From an uncultured Fluviicola sp. (GTDB taxonomy: Bacteria; Bacteroidota; Bacteroidia; Flavobacteriales_D; Crocinitomicaceae): DNA of 64,000 nt. The translations under genes were made by a program, and so were the position numbers. The notes beneath the pieces are model-generated. The model was not told the DNA's origin, searched no databases, and worked only from the letters and a program-made list of their open reading frames with translations. Positions 41,982 to 51,974 of the stretch are shown here, one piece after another (within the stretch, counting starts at the first letter, position 1; each line of letters starts with the position of its first letter). The stretch is taken from the NCBI GenBank assembly GCA_964383785.1, contig CAYLJB010000003.1:858-64857 (forward strand). Reading direction: 5' to 3'.

Positions 41982-42599
41982 ATGTTATTGGTTTCTATCG
42001 CGCATCTATGCCGAGAATTAACAACCGGTTTTGATCAGATTTCGGAAGAACGAAAAGCAACACTGGAACAACTCAGTGCATTTGTACAAACACGACTGGA
42101 AAATGGACAACAAGTAGATTTAATCTATGTCTGCACCCACAATTCGCGTCGTAGTCATATCGGTCAGATAGCGGGAGCTGTTGCGGCGGCATTTTACGAT
42201 CTGGATAACATCGAAACGTATTCAGCGGGTACCGAAGCCACTGCGATTCATACGAATACATTGACAGCTTTAGAAGATCTTGGCTTTCATGTACAAACGC
42301 TTGAAAGTGGATCAAATCCAAAAATGCGTATCGGTTTCGGAACAACGGAACATAGCATCTGTTTTTCCAAGACCATCGACGATGATTCTTTGCCAAAATC
42401 GGATTTTGCGGCTTTAATGACCTGTGGTGATGCAGATGAGAATTGTCCGTTCATCCCGGGATGTGCGATCCGTTTGCCATTCCGTTATGTCGATCCGAAA
42501 AAAGCTGATGGTACTCCGGAAGTGAAACAAGTTTATCAAGATAAGGTGCGCGAGATCCTGCGCGAACAATTGTATGTATTTTCAAAAGTAACACGATGA
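41982..42599 (+). CDS. arsC: LMW-PTP-fold arsenate reductase-like protein
   Basis: VCTHNSRRS P-loop, SAGTEAT, MTC..ADENCPFIPG, DPK. Confidence 0.8.
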   Translation: MLLVSIAHLCRELTTGFDQISEERKATLEQLSAFVQTRLENGQQVDLIYVCTHNSRRSHIGQIAGAVAAAFYDLDNIETYSAGTEATAIHTNTLTALEDLGFHVQTLESGSNPKMRIGFGTTEHSICFSKTIDDDSLPKSDFAALMTCGDADENCPFIPGCAIRLPFRYVDPKKADGTPEVKQVYQDKVREILREQLYVFSKVTR

Positions 42600-43633
42600 A
42601 CGCAAAACGTAAAAGACTCACATTTTTAGATCGTTACCTCACCCTATGGATCTTTATGGCCATGGCCGTTGGAATTGGTTTGGGTTATGCTTTACCTGGT
42701 TTATCGACGGCAATTGATAACATGTCAAGCGGCACCACGAACATTCCGTTGGCGATTGGTTTGATCATCATGATGTACCCACCGTTGGTGAAAGTGAAAT
42801 TTGCCGAGATCCCGAAGGTGATGGCCAAGCCGAAATTACTGCTTGCGTCGTTCTTCATTACTTGGATCGTTGGACCTTTCATCATGTTCTTGTTGGCAAC
42901 GACCTTGTTGCGCGATTATCCGGAATACATGACCGGGTTGGTGATCATTGGTCTGGCTCCATGCATAGCCATGGTGATCGTTTGGAATGAATTGGCTCAA
43001 GGGAACAGGGAATTGGTTGCTGGATTAGTTGGTGTAAATAGCTTGTTGCAAGTGGCGTTCTTCAGTTTGTACGCGTACTTTTATCTGGAGATCATGATGC
43101 CTCTTTTTGGTATCCGCGGCTTGTCCTTAGACGTCACCATCGCTGAAATTGCACAAACGGTCGGGATTTACCTCGGAATTCCTTTTGCTGCAGCAGTACT
43201 TACTCGTATGCTGGTTATTCGGGCTAAGGGTATCGATTGGTTGGAGCGCAAATTCATTCCGTTCATTTCTCCGTTCACCTTGATCGCCTTGTTATTTACG
43301 ATTGTTGTGATGTTCAGCCTGAAAGGAGACCAGATCATTGAATTGCCGCTGGACGTATTGCGTGTGGCTTTGCCTTTGGTGATCTTTTTCATCATTATGT
43401 TCTTGCTGATGTTCGCCGTAGGGAAATGGATCGGTGCGTCTTATACGGACAATGCAACACTCTCTTTTACGGCATCCGGTAACAACTTCGAATTGGCCAT
43501 TGCAGTGGCGATCGGTGTTTTTGGTGTCAACAGCGGACAAGCCTTTGCAGGAGTGATCGGACCCTTGGTGGAAGTACCCGTGCTCATCGGTATGGTAAAC
43601 GTAGCGTTTTGGCTGAAAAAGAAATGGTATTAA
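42596..43633 (+). CDS. acr3: ACR3-family arsenite efflux transporter
   Basis: LDRYLTLWI, MMYPPL, APCIAMV..WN, GNNFELAIAVA, GPLVEVPV. Confidence 0.95.
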   Translation: MNAKRKRLTFLDRYLTLWIFMAMAVGIGLGYALPGLSTAIDNMSSGTTNIPLAIGLIIMMYPPLVKVKFAEIPKVMAKPKLLLASFFITWIVGPFIMFLLATTLLRDYPEYMTGLVIIGLAPCIAMVIVWNELAQGNRELVAGLVGVNSLLQVAFFSLYAYFYLEIMMPLFGIRGLSLDVTIAEIAQTVGIYLGIPFAAAVLTRMLVIRAKGIDWLERKFIPFISPFTLIALLFTIVVMFSLKGDQIIELPLDVLRVALPLVIFFIIMFLLMFAVGKWIGASYTDNATLSFTASGNNFELAIAVAIGVFGVNSGQAFAGVIGPLVEVPVLIGMVNVAFWLKKKWY

Positions 43634-43707
43634 CTATTAGTTTGCTTCTACTTAGAATTCCACGGGATTATTCCTTCTTTCAAGCCTTTTCCTATCTTTA
43701 ACATATC

Positions 43708-44751
43708 ATGATTCCACCCAGAAAATGTGTGCTTTTGGTGTCGCTGCTTGTGAGCGTGCTTTCGCTTCACGCGCAAGATGATCCTTTAGATCATATTTTG
43801 GATTCATTGGTGCGTGTAAATCATGTGAAAGAATTTCGATTGGATCTCCGTTCGATCGGTTACCGTTCGGATACAACTTACTTCATGGAGATCTTGCGCT
43901 TTGATCAGCGTGGAAATCGGATCGAAAGCATTGTGCCCAAATCGCGGAATCGTTTTGACCGCCGTGTGGAAGCCTACGACAGTTTGAATCGCCGTGTTTT
44001 GTTTAGAGATTACAATCCCGAGGACACCACACGTTTTCACACCGAGAAGATCTGGATCTTTCAAGACTCGATGAATTACCGCGAGGAAACCTATTCAGAA
44101 GGTAAAAAAGTCTCCTATGCCGATATCTCCGCGCGATCTTCGAAAGATACCATGTGGATCACGCAAGATGAATACAATTTGGAATACGATACCCACGATC
44201 GAACGGTGTCACGTTACCGACCTGTTGGGGATACCATGCAGATTTCAGAACACATCAATTTCGACGACGAAATGAAACTCAAAGGTGTCGATTCGTATTA
44301 TCAAATCGTTCGTACATTGGATACAGGAACGCTCGTGATGCAAGGAGTCTGGCGAGTCAAAGAATCTGAATGGGATGAATTTCACAACGACATAGATCTC
44401 ATGCGCGATTTTTACCAGAATCCGGAAAAATACATCCAAATGCAGTTGGATGGCAAGTTTGAAATGGAAGTGGATGAAGATCCGTTCATTTACCAGATAT
44501 ATAATCTAAAGGGACAGTTGGTGCAAGATGATCAAGGAATTTTCAAGCAGACTTACAGCTACAATGTAAAAGGGCAATTGATCCAACAGATTGGTTGGGG
44601 AGAATTGGATGGGGAAGAATATGGCGATCTCGTACCGATTCATTACACCGATTACGAATACAATGAACTGGGGCTGCCGCTGAAAGTCACCGAATCCTCC
44701 GTTAAAAACAACAATAAACGGATCATGATGTATACCTACACCTATTGGTGA
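43708..44751 (+). CDS. Exported hypothetical protein with YD-like beta-hairpin repeats
   Basis: Signal peptide; FDQRGNR, YDSLNRR, YNLKGQL, YNVKGQL, YNELGLP. Confidence 0.65.
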   Translation: MIPPRKCVLLVSLLVSVLSLHAQDDPLDHILDSLVRVNHVKEFRLDLRSIGYRSDTTYFMEILRFDQRGNRIESIVPKSRNRFDRRVEAYDSLNRRVLFRDYNPEDTTRFHTEKIWIFQDSMNYREETYSEGKKVSYADISARSSKDTMWITQDEYNLEYDTHDRTVSRYRPVGDTMQISEHINFDDEMKLKGVDSYYQIVRTLDTGTLVMQGVWRVKESEWDEFHNDIDLMRDFYQNPEKYIQMQLDGKFEMEVDEDPFIYQIYNLKGQLVQDDQGIFKQTYSYNVKGQLIQQIGWGELDGEEYGDLVPIHYTDYEYNELGLPLKVTESSVKNNNKRIMMYTYTYW

Positions 44752-44759
44752 TTCGTTTC

Positions 44760-45095
44760 TACTTTTTTTACCGAAAAAAAGGTAAGCTCTTTCTTTTGAC
44801 GGCTCAAAAGAAACAAAACGCCTTGTGCCATTCGAAGCCGTTCGGATAAAAAACGGCCTGTCGGTGATTTGAGGCAAAAGTGACAAATCAGGATTTGAAA
44901 CGACAAGCGCTTTTACCAAAATCTCACGCCATCCCGTTTTTTATTTTCCTCACTTCCAAGAATGGCACGAACATCCGCAGTGAAAATTTGTGGTTTGTTG
45001 CTAGATAAAATTCCGCGGGATAATCTAGTTCCCTCCGAAGGGGGAACCGGTTCCGATATTAACTATGTGTTCTATGTGTCTATGTGGTTAAAAAG
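44760..45095. repeat. Highly structured intergenic element (stacked hairpins plus a 9-mer repeat); MITE-like or ncRNA-like
   Basis: Hairpins at 44790-44813, 44825-44968 (long), 45001-45028 and 45028-45047; CTATGTG x3 at 45063-45089. Confidence 0.65.
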
Positions 45096-45117
45096 AACCA
45101 TCATATGGTCAATCCGC

Positions 45118-45573
45118 TTACGTTCCCTTCCGTTTACGTGTATCCGTAATGTGTAAGATCTTCCAAGTGCCGTTGAGGTAAACCAATTGAAACGCGTTCA
45201 CGCCGCTGTGGCTAAAGGTTGTGTCCACGTAGAATTCGTAATCCATCCAGACGCTGGCCAGGTTGTCCGAGATTTGGATCTTCACTTTCGAAATGCGTTC
45301 ATCCCACGTTTCTTCATGGGGTGTGCCCACCGCTTCTAAAAAGCCTTGTACGGTTTCACTCACTACCTGCGGATTGCCACTGCGATCGAAAAAGGTGGTA
45401 TATAGGTCTGCTTCCGGGTGTAAGGTCTTGGCCACCATCGCGCTGTCGCCCACACGCATGCCTTGAAAAAAGGTGTCGATCACGGCTCGTACCGCTGCTT
45501 TTTGATCCGTGTTCTTCTGAGCAAATAGTCCGCCAACAAGCAAACAGAACCAGAGACTTAGTGCGTATTTCAT
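45118..45573 (-). CDS. NTF2-like (nuclear transport factor 2 family) exported protein
   Basis: Signal peptide from ATG 45573; LASVWMDYEFY...SHSGVNAFQL...WKILHITDTR. Confidence 0.8.
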   Translation of the reverse strand: MKYALSLWFCLLVGGLFAQKNTDQKAAVRAVIDTFFQGMRVGDSAMVAKTLHPEADLYTTFFDRSGNPQVVSETVQGFLEAVGTPHEETWDERISKVKIQISDNLASVWMDYEFYVDTTFSHSGVNAFQLVYLNGTWKILHITDTRKRKGT

Positions 45574-45574
45574 G

Positions 45575-46978
45575 CTATTTTCCTTTAAATGATGCAATGC
45601 GTATTTCGTTCAATAATTTGTATTGGGCATCGGTGATCTCCTGAATGTGCACGTAGCGGCCTTTTCCAAAGTCGGCTGCTTCCTGCATCAAGGATACATC
45701 GCGATCCTTCGTTTGGATCCCCACCACCGAAAAGATGATCCCTTTCTTCGAGTACTTGCGCACGATCTTTTGATAGTCATCCGAATCTTTGTTGAAGGCT
45801 CCATCGGTGATCACAACCACCATGTTCGTTTTTCCGGCGTCGTAATTCTTCAAAACTTGTTTGTAGCCCAATTTGATCCCTTTTCCTCCGGCAGTCATAC
45901 CACGTGGTCTAAGTTCGCTCACTGCCGTTTGGATTGCTTCTTTATTCGCTCCTTTCGTTGGTGCTTGAAATACTTCCGCATTGTCGGAATAGGTCACCAA
46001 GCCCATGATGTCATCCGGACGCAAGTTGCTCACCAATTGATTCAAAGCATATTTCATCAAGTCCATTTTCTCGCCCAATTTCATACTGCTGGAAACGTCG
46101 AGCACGAAAACCACATTGACGTCGTTGAAGTAGGATTTAGAGAACTCTGTTGGTGGCAATTGTGCCAGTTCTGGAATCTTTTCCACCGCGGTATCCTTCA
46201 CCGGAGCTTGCTCCTGAATGATCTCAACAACGCTTTCATTCGGCAATTGTACCGGTTCTTCCGAAATCGGTTCCGGTTCAGGAGTTGGTGGAGGAGGTGA
46301 GAATGCAGGATCTTTGCGCAATGGAATGGTAATTTCGCTGATCTCTGGTCCAACGAATACACCGGCTTCTTTTTTCAAGTATCCTTCGTGTGTTGCCAAA
46401 AAGTAGAAATACCCGCTGGGAATAGCTACAGAAAACGCGCCTTTTCGTCCTGTGATCCAAGCGCCGGCAGGTTCTCCATTGCGGATGATCGCTACTTTGG
46501 ATTGCGCCAACGGAAGTCCGGTTTCTTTATCCACGGTGATGATGGTCAATTCTTTGGTGCGCACGGAACTAGGAGAGGCGTTGAAATCCGGGCAGCGTGT
46601 CATCTGATCACCTGAAAATCCGGGTAGTTCCACAACATTTCCCTTCACGCGAATCACTGTTGGTTGAGCCGCATCACTGAAATACACGTAAACTTCATGC
46701 TGGAATTTGCCTTTTTTCGTTGGATTCACTTGCAAGCGCAAGGTCACGGTGCTATCCGGTACAAACTTATCGGTGGAAATGCGGTAACTGATCTCCGGTC
46801 CGTGTTGGATGCGGAGCAAATAACTCATTTTAGTTCCCTTGTTCTGAATCGGAATGTCCACATAGCGCTGGGTGCTGCTGTACAAATCTCCCAGATCAGC
46901 AGATGTGTTGACGATCGTTGTTTGTCCGAAGAGGAAGCTACCGATCAACAACAGGAAAAAAGTGAGTGCGCCTTTCAT
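45575..46978 (-). CDS. vWA-domain protein with an N-terminal Ig-like (DUF1573-like) domain and a Pro-rich linker
   Basis: FVLDVSSSM, GMTAGGKGI, ITDGAFN; PPPPTPEPEP linker. Confidence 0.85.
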   Translation of the reverse strand: MKGALTFFLLLIGSFLFGQTTIVNTSADLGDLYSSTQRYVDIPIQNKGTKMSYLLRIQHGPEISYRISTDKFVPDSTVTLRLQVNPTKKGKFQHEVYVYFSDAAQPTVIRVKGNVVELPGFSGDQMTRCPDFNASPSSVRTKELTIITVDKETGLPLAQSKVAIIRNGEPAGAWITGRKGAFSVAIPSGYFYFLATHEGYLKKEAGVFVGPEISEITIPLRKDPAFSPPPPTPEPEPISEEPVQLPNESVVEIIQEQAPVKDTAVEKIPELAQLPPTEFSKSYFNDVNVVFVLDVSSSMKLGEKMDLMKYALNQLVSNLRPDDIMGLVTYSDNAEVFQAPTKGANKEAIQTAVSELRPRGMTAGGKGIKLGYKQVLKNYDAGKTNMVVVITDGAFNKDSDDYQKIVRKYSKKGIIFSVVGIQTKDRDVSLMQEAADFGKGRYVHIQEITDAQYKLLNEIRIASFKGK

Positions 46979-47207
46979 AAAACGAATTTAACCCAAATTA
47001 CGCAATAGCTCTTCTATTACAAATCCAATCTACTTCAAATCAGTAAATTAATCAATTAAATCTTGCAAACATAGCTCGCTATGCTTTTAGATTTAACTGA
47101 CTGATTTCTTGTGTCTTGGATTTTCATTACGAATTCTATTGCGGAATTTGGGTTTAAACTTAAAAAGTCAAAAAGGATCGTTTGGGTACAAAATGACAAA
47201 TTCAGAC

Positions 47208-47238
47208 AAAAAAAAACGCCCCGATTATCGGAGCGCTT
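47208..47238 (-). terminator. Intrinsic terminator after the DUF2911 gene
   Basis: Minus strand GCGCTCCGA-TAA-TCGGGGCGTTTTTTTTT. Confidence 0.7.
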
Positions 47239-47262
47239 CTTCAATTTAATGGGGTATTCTTG

Positions 47263-48102
47263 TTATTTCGACCACGTTGAGATAGACTCATTGAATTGCT
47301 TCACGTAGTCAGCATTTTTGCCTTTTTCAGCCAATGCCAATCCAGCTTGAGCGGTTTTGATTGCTCCTGCCTTATCGCCTAATTCAGCTTGGATCAATGA
47401 TTTTGTTCGGAACATCCAGTATGCATCCGGACGCATCTCACATGCTTTTGTCGACCATTCCAATGCTTGATTCAAATCGCGTTTTGCATTGTAGTAATAC
47501 AAAGCTGCCGAGTTGTAATCGTTTGCGCTAGGTCCGGCCAAGGTTTTCTTGATGTTCGCCATCACTTTCGCATCCGTAGGAACTTGGAACGGTACACGAA
47601 CTGTCGTTTTATCCCAAGTGAAAACCAAAACAGCACCGTTGTTGTCCATGGCATCTACAGAGATGGTGAAGTTTTCAGTAACTTCTTTCACATGAGAAAC
47701 CGCTACACTCGTTTTCAAGGCCACTTTTGCATCCGACCATTCTTCCGGAGTTCCCCAGTTGTTGGTCTCTGTATAAAAGTAGATCTCCCAGCTTTCTTTT
47801 CCAGGCTTTGTGAACAAAGCGTAAGTACCAGCTTTCAAGGTGTCTTTACCGAAGATCACAGCATCCGAACACGTAAACTTGGTGTTTTCGTTTGCTCCGG
47901 TGCGCCAGATCTGATCGTAAGGAACTACATCGCCAAAGATCTCACGACCCTTTTTACCTGGACGGGAATAAGTGATCGTCAGGTCAGTTAGACCAACGCG
48001 TTGTTCCATTTTGCTCGCCGGACTTGCCTGAGGAGCGATCTGTGCATCTGCTGCGCTCCACATTGCTGCGGACAAACAGATGGAAAGAATCCATTTTTTC
48101 AT
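47263..48102 (-). CDS. DUF2911-domain protein with a C-terminal TPR-like region
   Basis: PQASP, YSRPGKKGREIFG, WRTGANENT, AGTYALFT; ATG 48102. Confidence 0.88.
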   Translation of the reverse strand: MKKWILSICLSAAMWSAADAQIAPQASPASKMEQRVGLTDLTITYSRPGKKGREIFGDVVPYDQIWRTGANENTKFTCSDAVIFGKDTLKAGTYALFTKPGKESWEIYFYTETNNWGTPEEWSDAKVALKTSVAVSHVKEVTENFTISVDAMDNNGAVLVFTWDKTTVRVPFQVPTDAKVMANIKKTLAGPSANDYNSAALYYYNAKRDLNQALEWSTKACEMRPDAYWMFRTKSLIQAELGDKAGAIKTAQAGLALAEKGKNADYVKQFNESISTWSK

Positions 48103-48145
48103 GTACTCGTTTTTAGGTGAACAATTCAACCGACGTCTTGTTTGA

Positions 48146-48832
48146 TCAACCGATCAATTTTTCCAAGGCAGCCGCTAAATTGTCGTTTGCGTTTCCGTAT
48201 TTCGCTGTGTAGTCAGCGTGAGATCTGCGGATCACTTCGTAAGCTTCCTCGCGACCGTATACGTGCGTGATCTCTACATTTTTTGCTCCTCCGTCCAAAT
48301 CTTTGTAAGTAAGGAAGAAGTGACGTACGCGATCGATCACCATTTTAGGCATTTCATCGATGTCGTTGATGGAACCATAAGCTTGGTCACCTTTCAATAC
48401 AGCGATGATCTTATCGTCTGCTTCACCACCATCCAACATGCGGAATCCTCCGATCACTTTCGCTTCACACAAGATGTTCCCATGATTGAACGAACGCTCA
48501 GACAACACACAAATATCCAACGGATCGCCATCTCCTACGATGTCTGTACGACCTGTTTTTTCATTTGCAAATGCTGCAACTTGCGTATCACAGTATGTTT
48601 GCGGAACGAATCCATACAAACAAGGCATGTGGTTCGATAATTTTTGCGGACGGTCTACCATAACGTAACCAGACGCTTTGTCGATCTCGTATTTGATAGA
48701 ATCTGCCGGAATGATCTCAATAAAGGCATTGAGGATCTCCGGTTGTTTTTCACCGATCTCGATTCCGTGCCAAGGGTGCGATGTAAAGCGTTTGCTCATC
48801 GCGTCAATAAGTGCTTTTACTTCTGCTTTCAT
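48146..48832 (-). CDS. ppa: Inorganic pyrophosphatase (family I)
   Basis: HPWHGI, KYEIDK, YGFVPQT, DGDPLDI, DGGEADDKI. Confidence 0.95.
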   Translation of the reverse strand: MKAEVKALIDAMSKRFTSHPWHGIEIGEKQPEILNAFIEIIPADSIKYEIDKASGYVMVDRPQKLSNHMPCLYGFVPQTYCDTQVAAFANEKTGRTDIVGDGDPLDICVLSERSFNHGNILCEAKVIGGFRMLDGGEADDKIIAVLKGDQAYGSINDIDEMPKMVIDRVRHFFLTYKDLDGGAKNVEITHVYGREEAYEVIRRSHADYTAKYGNANDNLAAALEKLIG

Positions 48833-48891
48833 GGGCGCAAATATACGATACTTTGGATTTTACAAGTTGAAGCCAGGATGAAATGATCCGG

Positions 48892-49992
48892 CTATTTTTG
48901 ATTGTACATGTAAATTTCGCGTTGCGGATACGGAACACTGATGCCGTAATGACGGAAAAGGCGATCGATCTCGAAGCGAATTTCGGATTTGTACTGATTG
49001 ATGTCCCAACTTTGGTCAGCCCAGAAAATGAGCTCCATCAATAAACCGTTTTCAGCGAAATCAACCATACGGACTTGTACTGGTTCGGTTTTCTTCACTT
49101 TCGGGTGACTCATAGCCGCTTGGATCAATAGGTCGCTTACCATTTGTGTGTCTGAGCCGTAGTGGACCGTCACGTGGATGCGGAAACGCGATAAATGTGA
49201 ACCATGACTCCAGTTTTCGATGTATTCCTGCGTAAGCTTCGCATTCGGAACGATCAATACGTTTCCATCGCGTGTTTCGATCTGAGTAGTACGCACATTG
49301 ATCCGCAGGATCTTCGCTACGATCGCTTCAGAAGATTTTCCATCGTACAGTTCGATCACATCTCCCACGCGAATACTTCCTTCAAATAACAGCACGAAAC
49401 CAGAGAACATGTCCTTGAACACATCCTGCAATCCCAATCCCAAACCAACCAACAAGGCTGCCGAACCTCCAAGGAAAATGGACGGCTCCACATCCATGGC
49501 GCTCAAGCAGAAGAAAAAGGCCAAGGTATAGATCACGTATTTCGCAACTTGCATGTATACGTACTCCGTTCCTTTGTCGTATTTATCCGAATTGCGGAAA
49601 CGGCGCTGCAAGAAGAGTTGTACAAAGTTGATAGCTACTTTGGCTCCGAAAATGATCACTACTACCAACAAGACATTCTCGAAACTGATCTTGATCTTCT
49701 TGGTATCGATGAATTTATAGTCAAGGAATTCCTTGAAGGAAACTTCCTGATTGTTGATGCTGAAACTCAGAATTGCCAAATAAACACCAAGGGCATAGAC
49801 ACTTTGAGAAAAGATCTTCAAATACGTCACACGGCGACCTTCCAAGCGAATATTTGCTTCAGAGAGGTAGCGTTTTAGCGAACGTTGGATCATGCGACGC
49901 AAGATGAATGCAGTCACCATCAATCCGCCAATGATCAGGATATTGAGCAAGCAAACGTTATAAGGACCTAATTGAAATAGCGTAGCCAACAT
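48892..49992 (-). CDS. MscS-family mechanosensitive channel
   Basis: GLGLGLQD..SG..LLFE..IRVGD, VPNAKL, PYPQRE. Confidence 0.9.
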   Translation of the reverse strand: MLATLFQLGPYNVCLLNILIIGGLMVTAFILRRMIQRSLKRYLSEANIRLEGRRVTYLKIFSQSVYALGVYLAILSFSINNQEVSFKEFLDYKFIDTKKIKISFENVLLVVVIIFGAKVAINFVQLFLQRRFRNSDKYDKGTEYVYMQVAKYVIYTLAFFFCLSAMDVEPSIFLGGSAALLVGLGLGLQDVFKDMFSGFVLLFEGSIRVGDVIELYDGKSSEAIVAKILRINVRTTQIETRDGNVLIVPNAKLTQEYIENWSHGSHLSRFRIHVTVHYGSDTQMVSDLLIQAAMSHPKVKKTEPVQVRMVDFAENGLLMELIFWADQSWDINQYKSEIRFEIDRLFRHYGISVPYPQREIYMYNQK

Positions 49993-49995
49993 AGT

Positions 49996-51969
49996 TTAAT
50001 GCATTATGGTTCGTCCGAGTTTTTGCGCCAAGGACATTTTTACGCGCTCTAAAATAATCTGTTCTGATAAGAGATCCATCATTTTTTCTTCATCCGTTCC
50101 AGCTAATTTTTCCAATTCCTGGCGAATGGTAGCGATCCGTTTCAACACGTAGTGACTTTTGAATGCGTAGATTGCACTCATTACGGCGTTCTTGATCTTG
50201 TCGATCTCGCGGTTCGTGTCCACGTTGTATTTGATCAGCCACTGCGGACTTAATTCATGAATATCTGTTTCAACGTTACTGACCCATTGCACGATCTCTT
50301 GATCCGGGTGCTTGATCCAGTAGCTGCTTTTGTACAAGGTTTTGTTCGACAAGCCCTCCACGGTGTGCTCATACATACGCTGGAACAGCGGATAGGAGAA
50401 GGAAAGTCCGTCTTTATCCAATTCGTGGTGAATCAATTCTGCAACCGAGACCTCTACTTTCTGCGTTTCGCCATGTTCGTCCAAATGCTCCGTATGCGTG
50501 GCAATTGGTGCGTATTTAATCAAAATGCGGATCAGATCGTATTCTTCAAAAGGGTAGGGAGTGGCAGGAACTGTTTGAGCTTGCTGCTGAGTTGGGATCA
50601 CCGTATCGGTTAATTCCGGATTCTCAACAATTGCAGGTTCCTGTAGCTCTTTCGCTAGTTGTTGTTTCTTGGTTTTGTTCAGTTCGTTGACAACGATCGA
50701 CTCGTCCAGGTCGAACTCTTTCGAGATCTCTTTAGTGTAAACGGAACGCGTGATCGGATCCGGAATGAGTGAGATCGAATGCACGATGTCTCGGATCATC
50801 TGCGAACGCTGAATTGGATCGGCATGTCCCTCTCCTAAAAGAAGTGAAGTTTTAAAACTGACAAAATCTTGCGTGTTTGCCTTGATGAAATCCATCAATT
50901 CCGTGGTGCTGACTTTCTTGGAATACGAATCTGGGTCATCACCGTCCGGGAACAGGACCACCTTCACGTTCATGCCTTCTTCCAAGATCAGGTCGATCCC
51001 GCGGAAAGACGCTTTGATACCTGCTGCATCTCCATCATACAAGATCGTGATGTTGCTGGTGTAACGTTTGATCAATTTGATCTGTTCCTTCGTCAAGGAA
51101 GTACCCGAGGAAGAAACGACGTTTGTAACACCCGCTTGATGCATGGAGATCACGTCCGTGTATCCCTCACACAAGAAACAGTTGTCGTATTTGATGATAT
51201 CGCCTTTGGCAAAGTACAATCCATACAAGATCTCACTCTTGTTGTAGATCATACTCTCCGGCGAGTTGAAGTATTTGGCTACTTTTTTATCGGTGAACAA
51301 GGTGCGTCCTCCAAATCCAAGCACGCGACCGGAAATGGAATGGATCGGGAACATCACACGACCGCGGAAAAAATCGAAATGGCGATCTTCTTTCGTTTTC
51401 ACCAAGCCCACTTTTTCCAGGTATTCCAGCTTGTAGCCTTTTGCCAGTGACGCTTTGGTGAAGTCGTCTCCGGAGTTCAAGCAATAACCTAACTGGAATT
51501 TCTTGATAATATCTGCACGAAAACCGCGTTCCTCGAAGTAGGAGAGACCCACACTTTGTCCTTCGTTCGTTTCATGCATGTTGTGCATGAAGTGTTCCTT
51601 TGCAAATTCGTTGATGATGTGCAAGCTCTCGCGTTCACTCACCGCAGCCAATTCTTCGGCAGTTTGCGGTTGATCTTCCGGAACTTGAATGTTGTATTTA
51701 TCGGCTAGCCAGCGCAAGGCTTCCGGATAGGAGAAATGTTCCTTTTCCATGAGGAAGGAAACCACGTTCCCACCTTTTCCGGATGAAAAGCATTTGTAGA
51801 TCTGCTTGGCGGGCGACACCATAAACGACGGTGTGCGCTCATCCACGAAGGGACTCAACCCTTTTAAGTTAGAACCCGAGCGCTTCAAGTTCACAAATTC
51901 CCCGATCACCTCCTCAATACGGGAAGTTTGCATGATCTCATCGATGATATGCGGGGGAATGCGAGACAT
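49996..51969 (-). CDS. dnaG: DNA primase
   Basis: GLSPFVDERTPSF, FRGRVMFPI, GFGGR, KYFNSPE, EGYTDV, YDGDAAG, DPD. Confidence 0.97.
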   Translation of the reverse strand: MSRIPPHIIDEIMQTSRIEEVIGEFVNLKRSGSNLKGLSPFVDERTPSFMVSPAKQIYKCFSSGKGGNVVSFLMEKEHFSYPEALRWLADKYNIQVPEDQPQTAEELAAVSERESLHIINEFAKEHFMHNMHETNEGQSVGLSYFEERGFRADIIKKFQLGYCLNSGDDFTKASLAKGYKLEYLEKVGLVKTKEDRHFDFFRGRVMFPIHSISGRVLGFGGRTLFTDKKVAKYFNSPESMIYNKSEILYGLYFAKGDIIKYDNCFLCEGYTDVISMHQAGVTNVVSSSGTSLTKEQIKLIKRYTSNITILYDGDAAGIKASFRGIDLILEEGMNVKVVLFPDGDDPDSYSKKVSTTELMDFIKANTQDFVSFKTSLLLGEGHADPIQRSQMIRDIVHSISLIPDPITRSVYTKEISKEFDLDESIVVNELNKTKKQQLAKELQEPAIVENPELTDTVIPTQQQAQTVPATPYPFEEYDLIRILIKYAPIATHTEHLDEHGETQKVEVSVAELIHHELDKDGLSFSYPLFQRMYEHTVEGLSNKTLYKSSYWIKHPDQEIVQWVSNVETDIHELSPQWLIKYNVDTNREIDKIKNAVMSAIYAFKSHYVLKRIATIRQELEKLAGTDEEKMMDLLSEQIILERVKMSLAQKLGRTIMH

Positions 51970-51974
51970 GTTTC

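Noticed and set aside
47056-47308. Small ORFs in the AT-rich gap
   Set aside because: They overlap a terminator and have no recognisable motif; support is insufficient.
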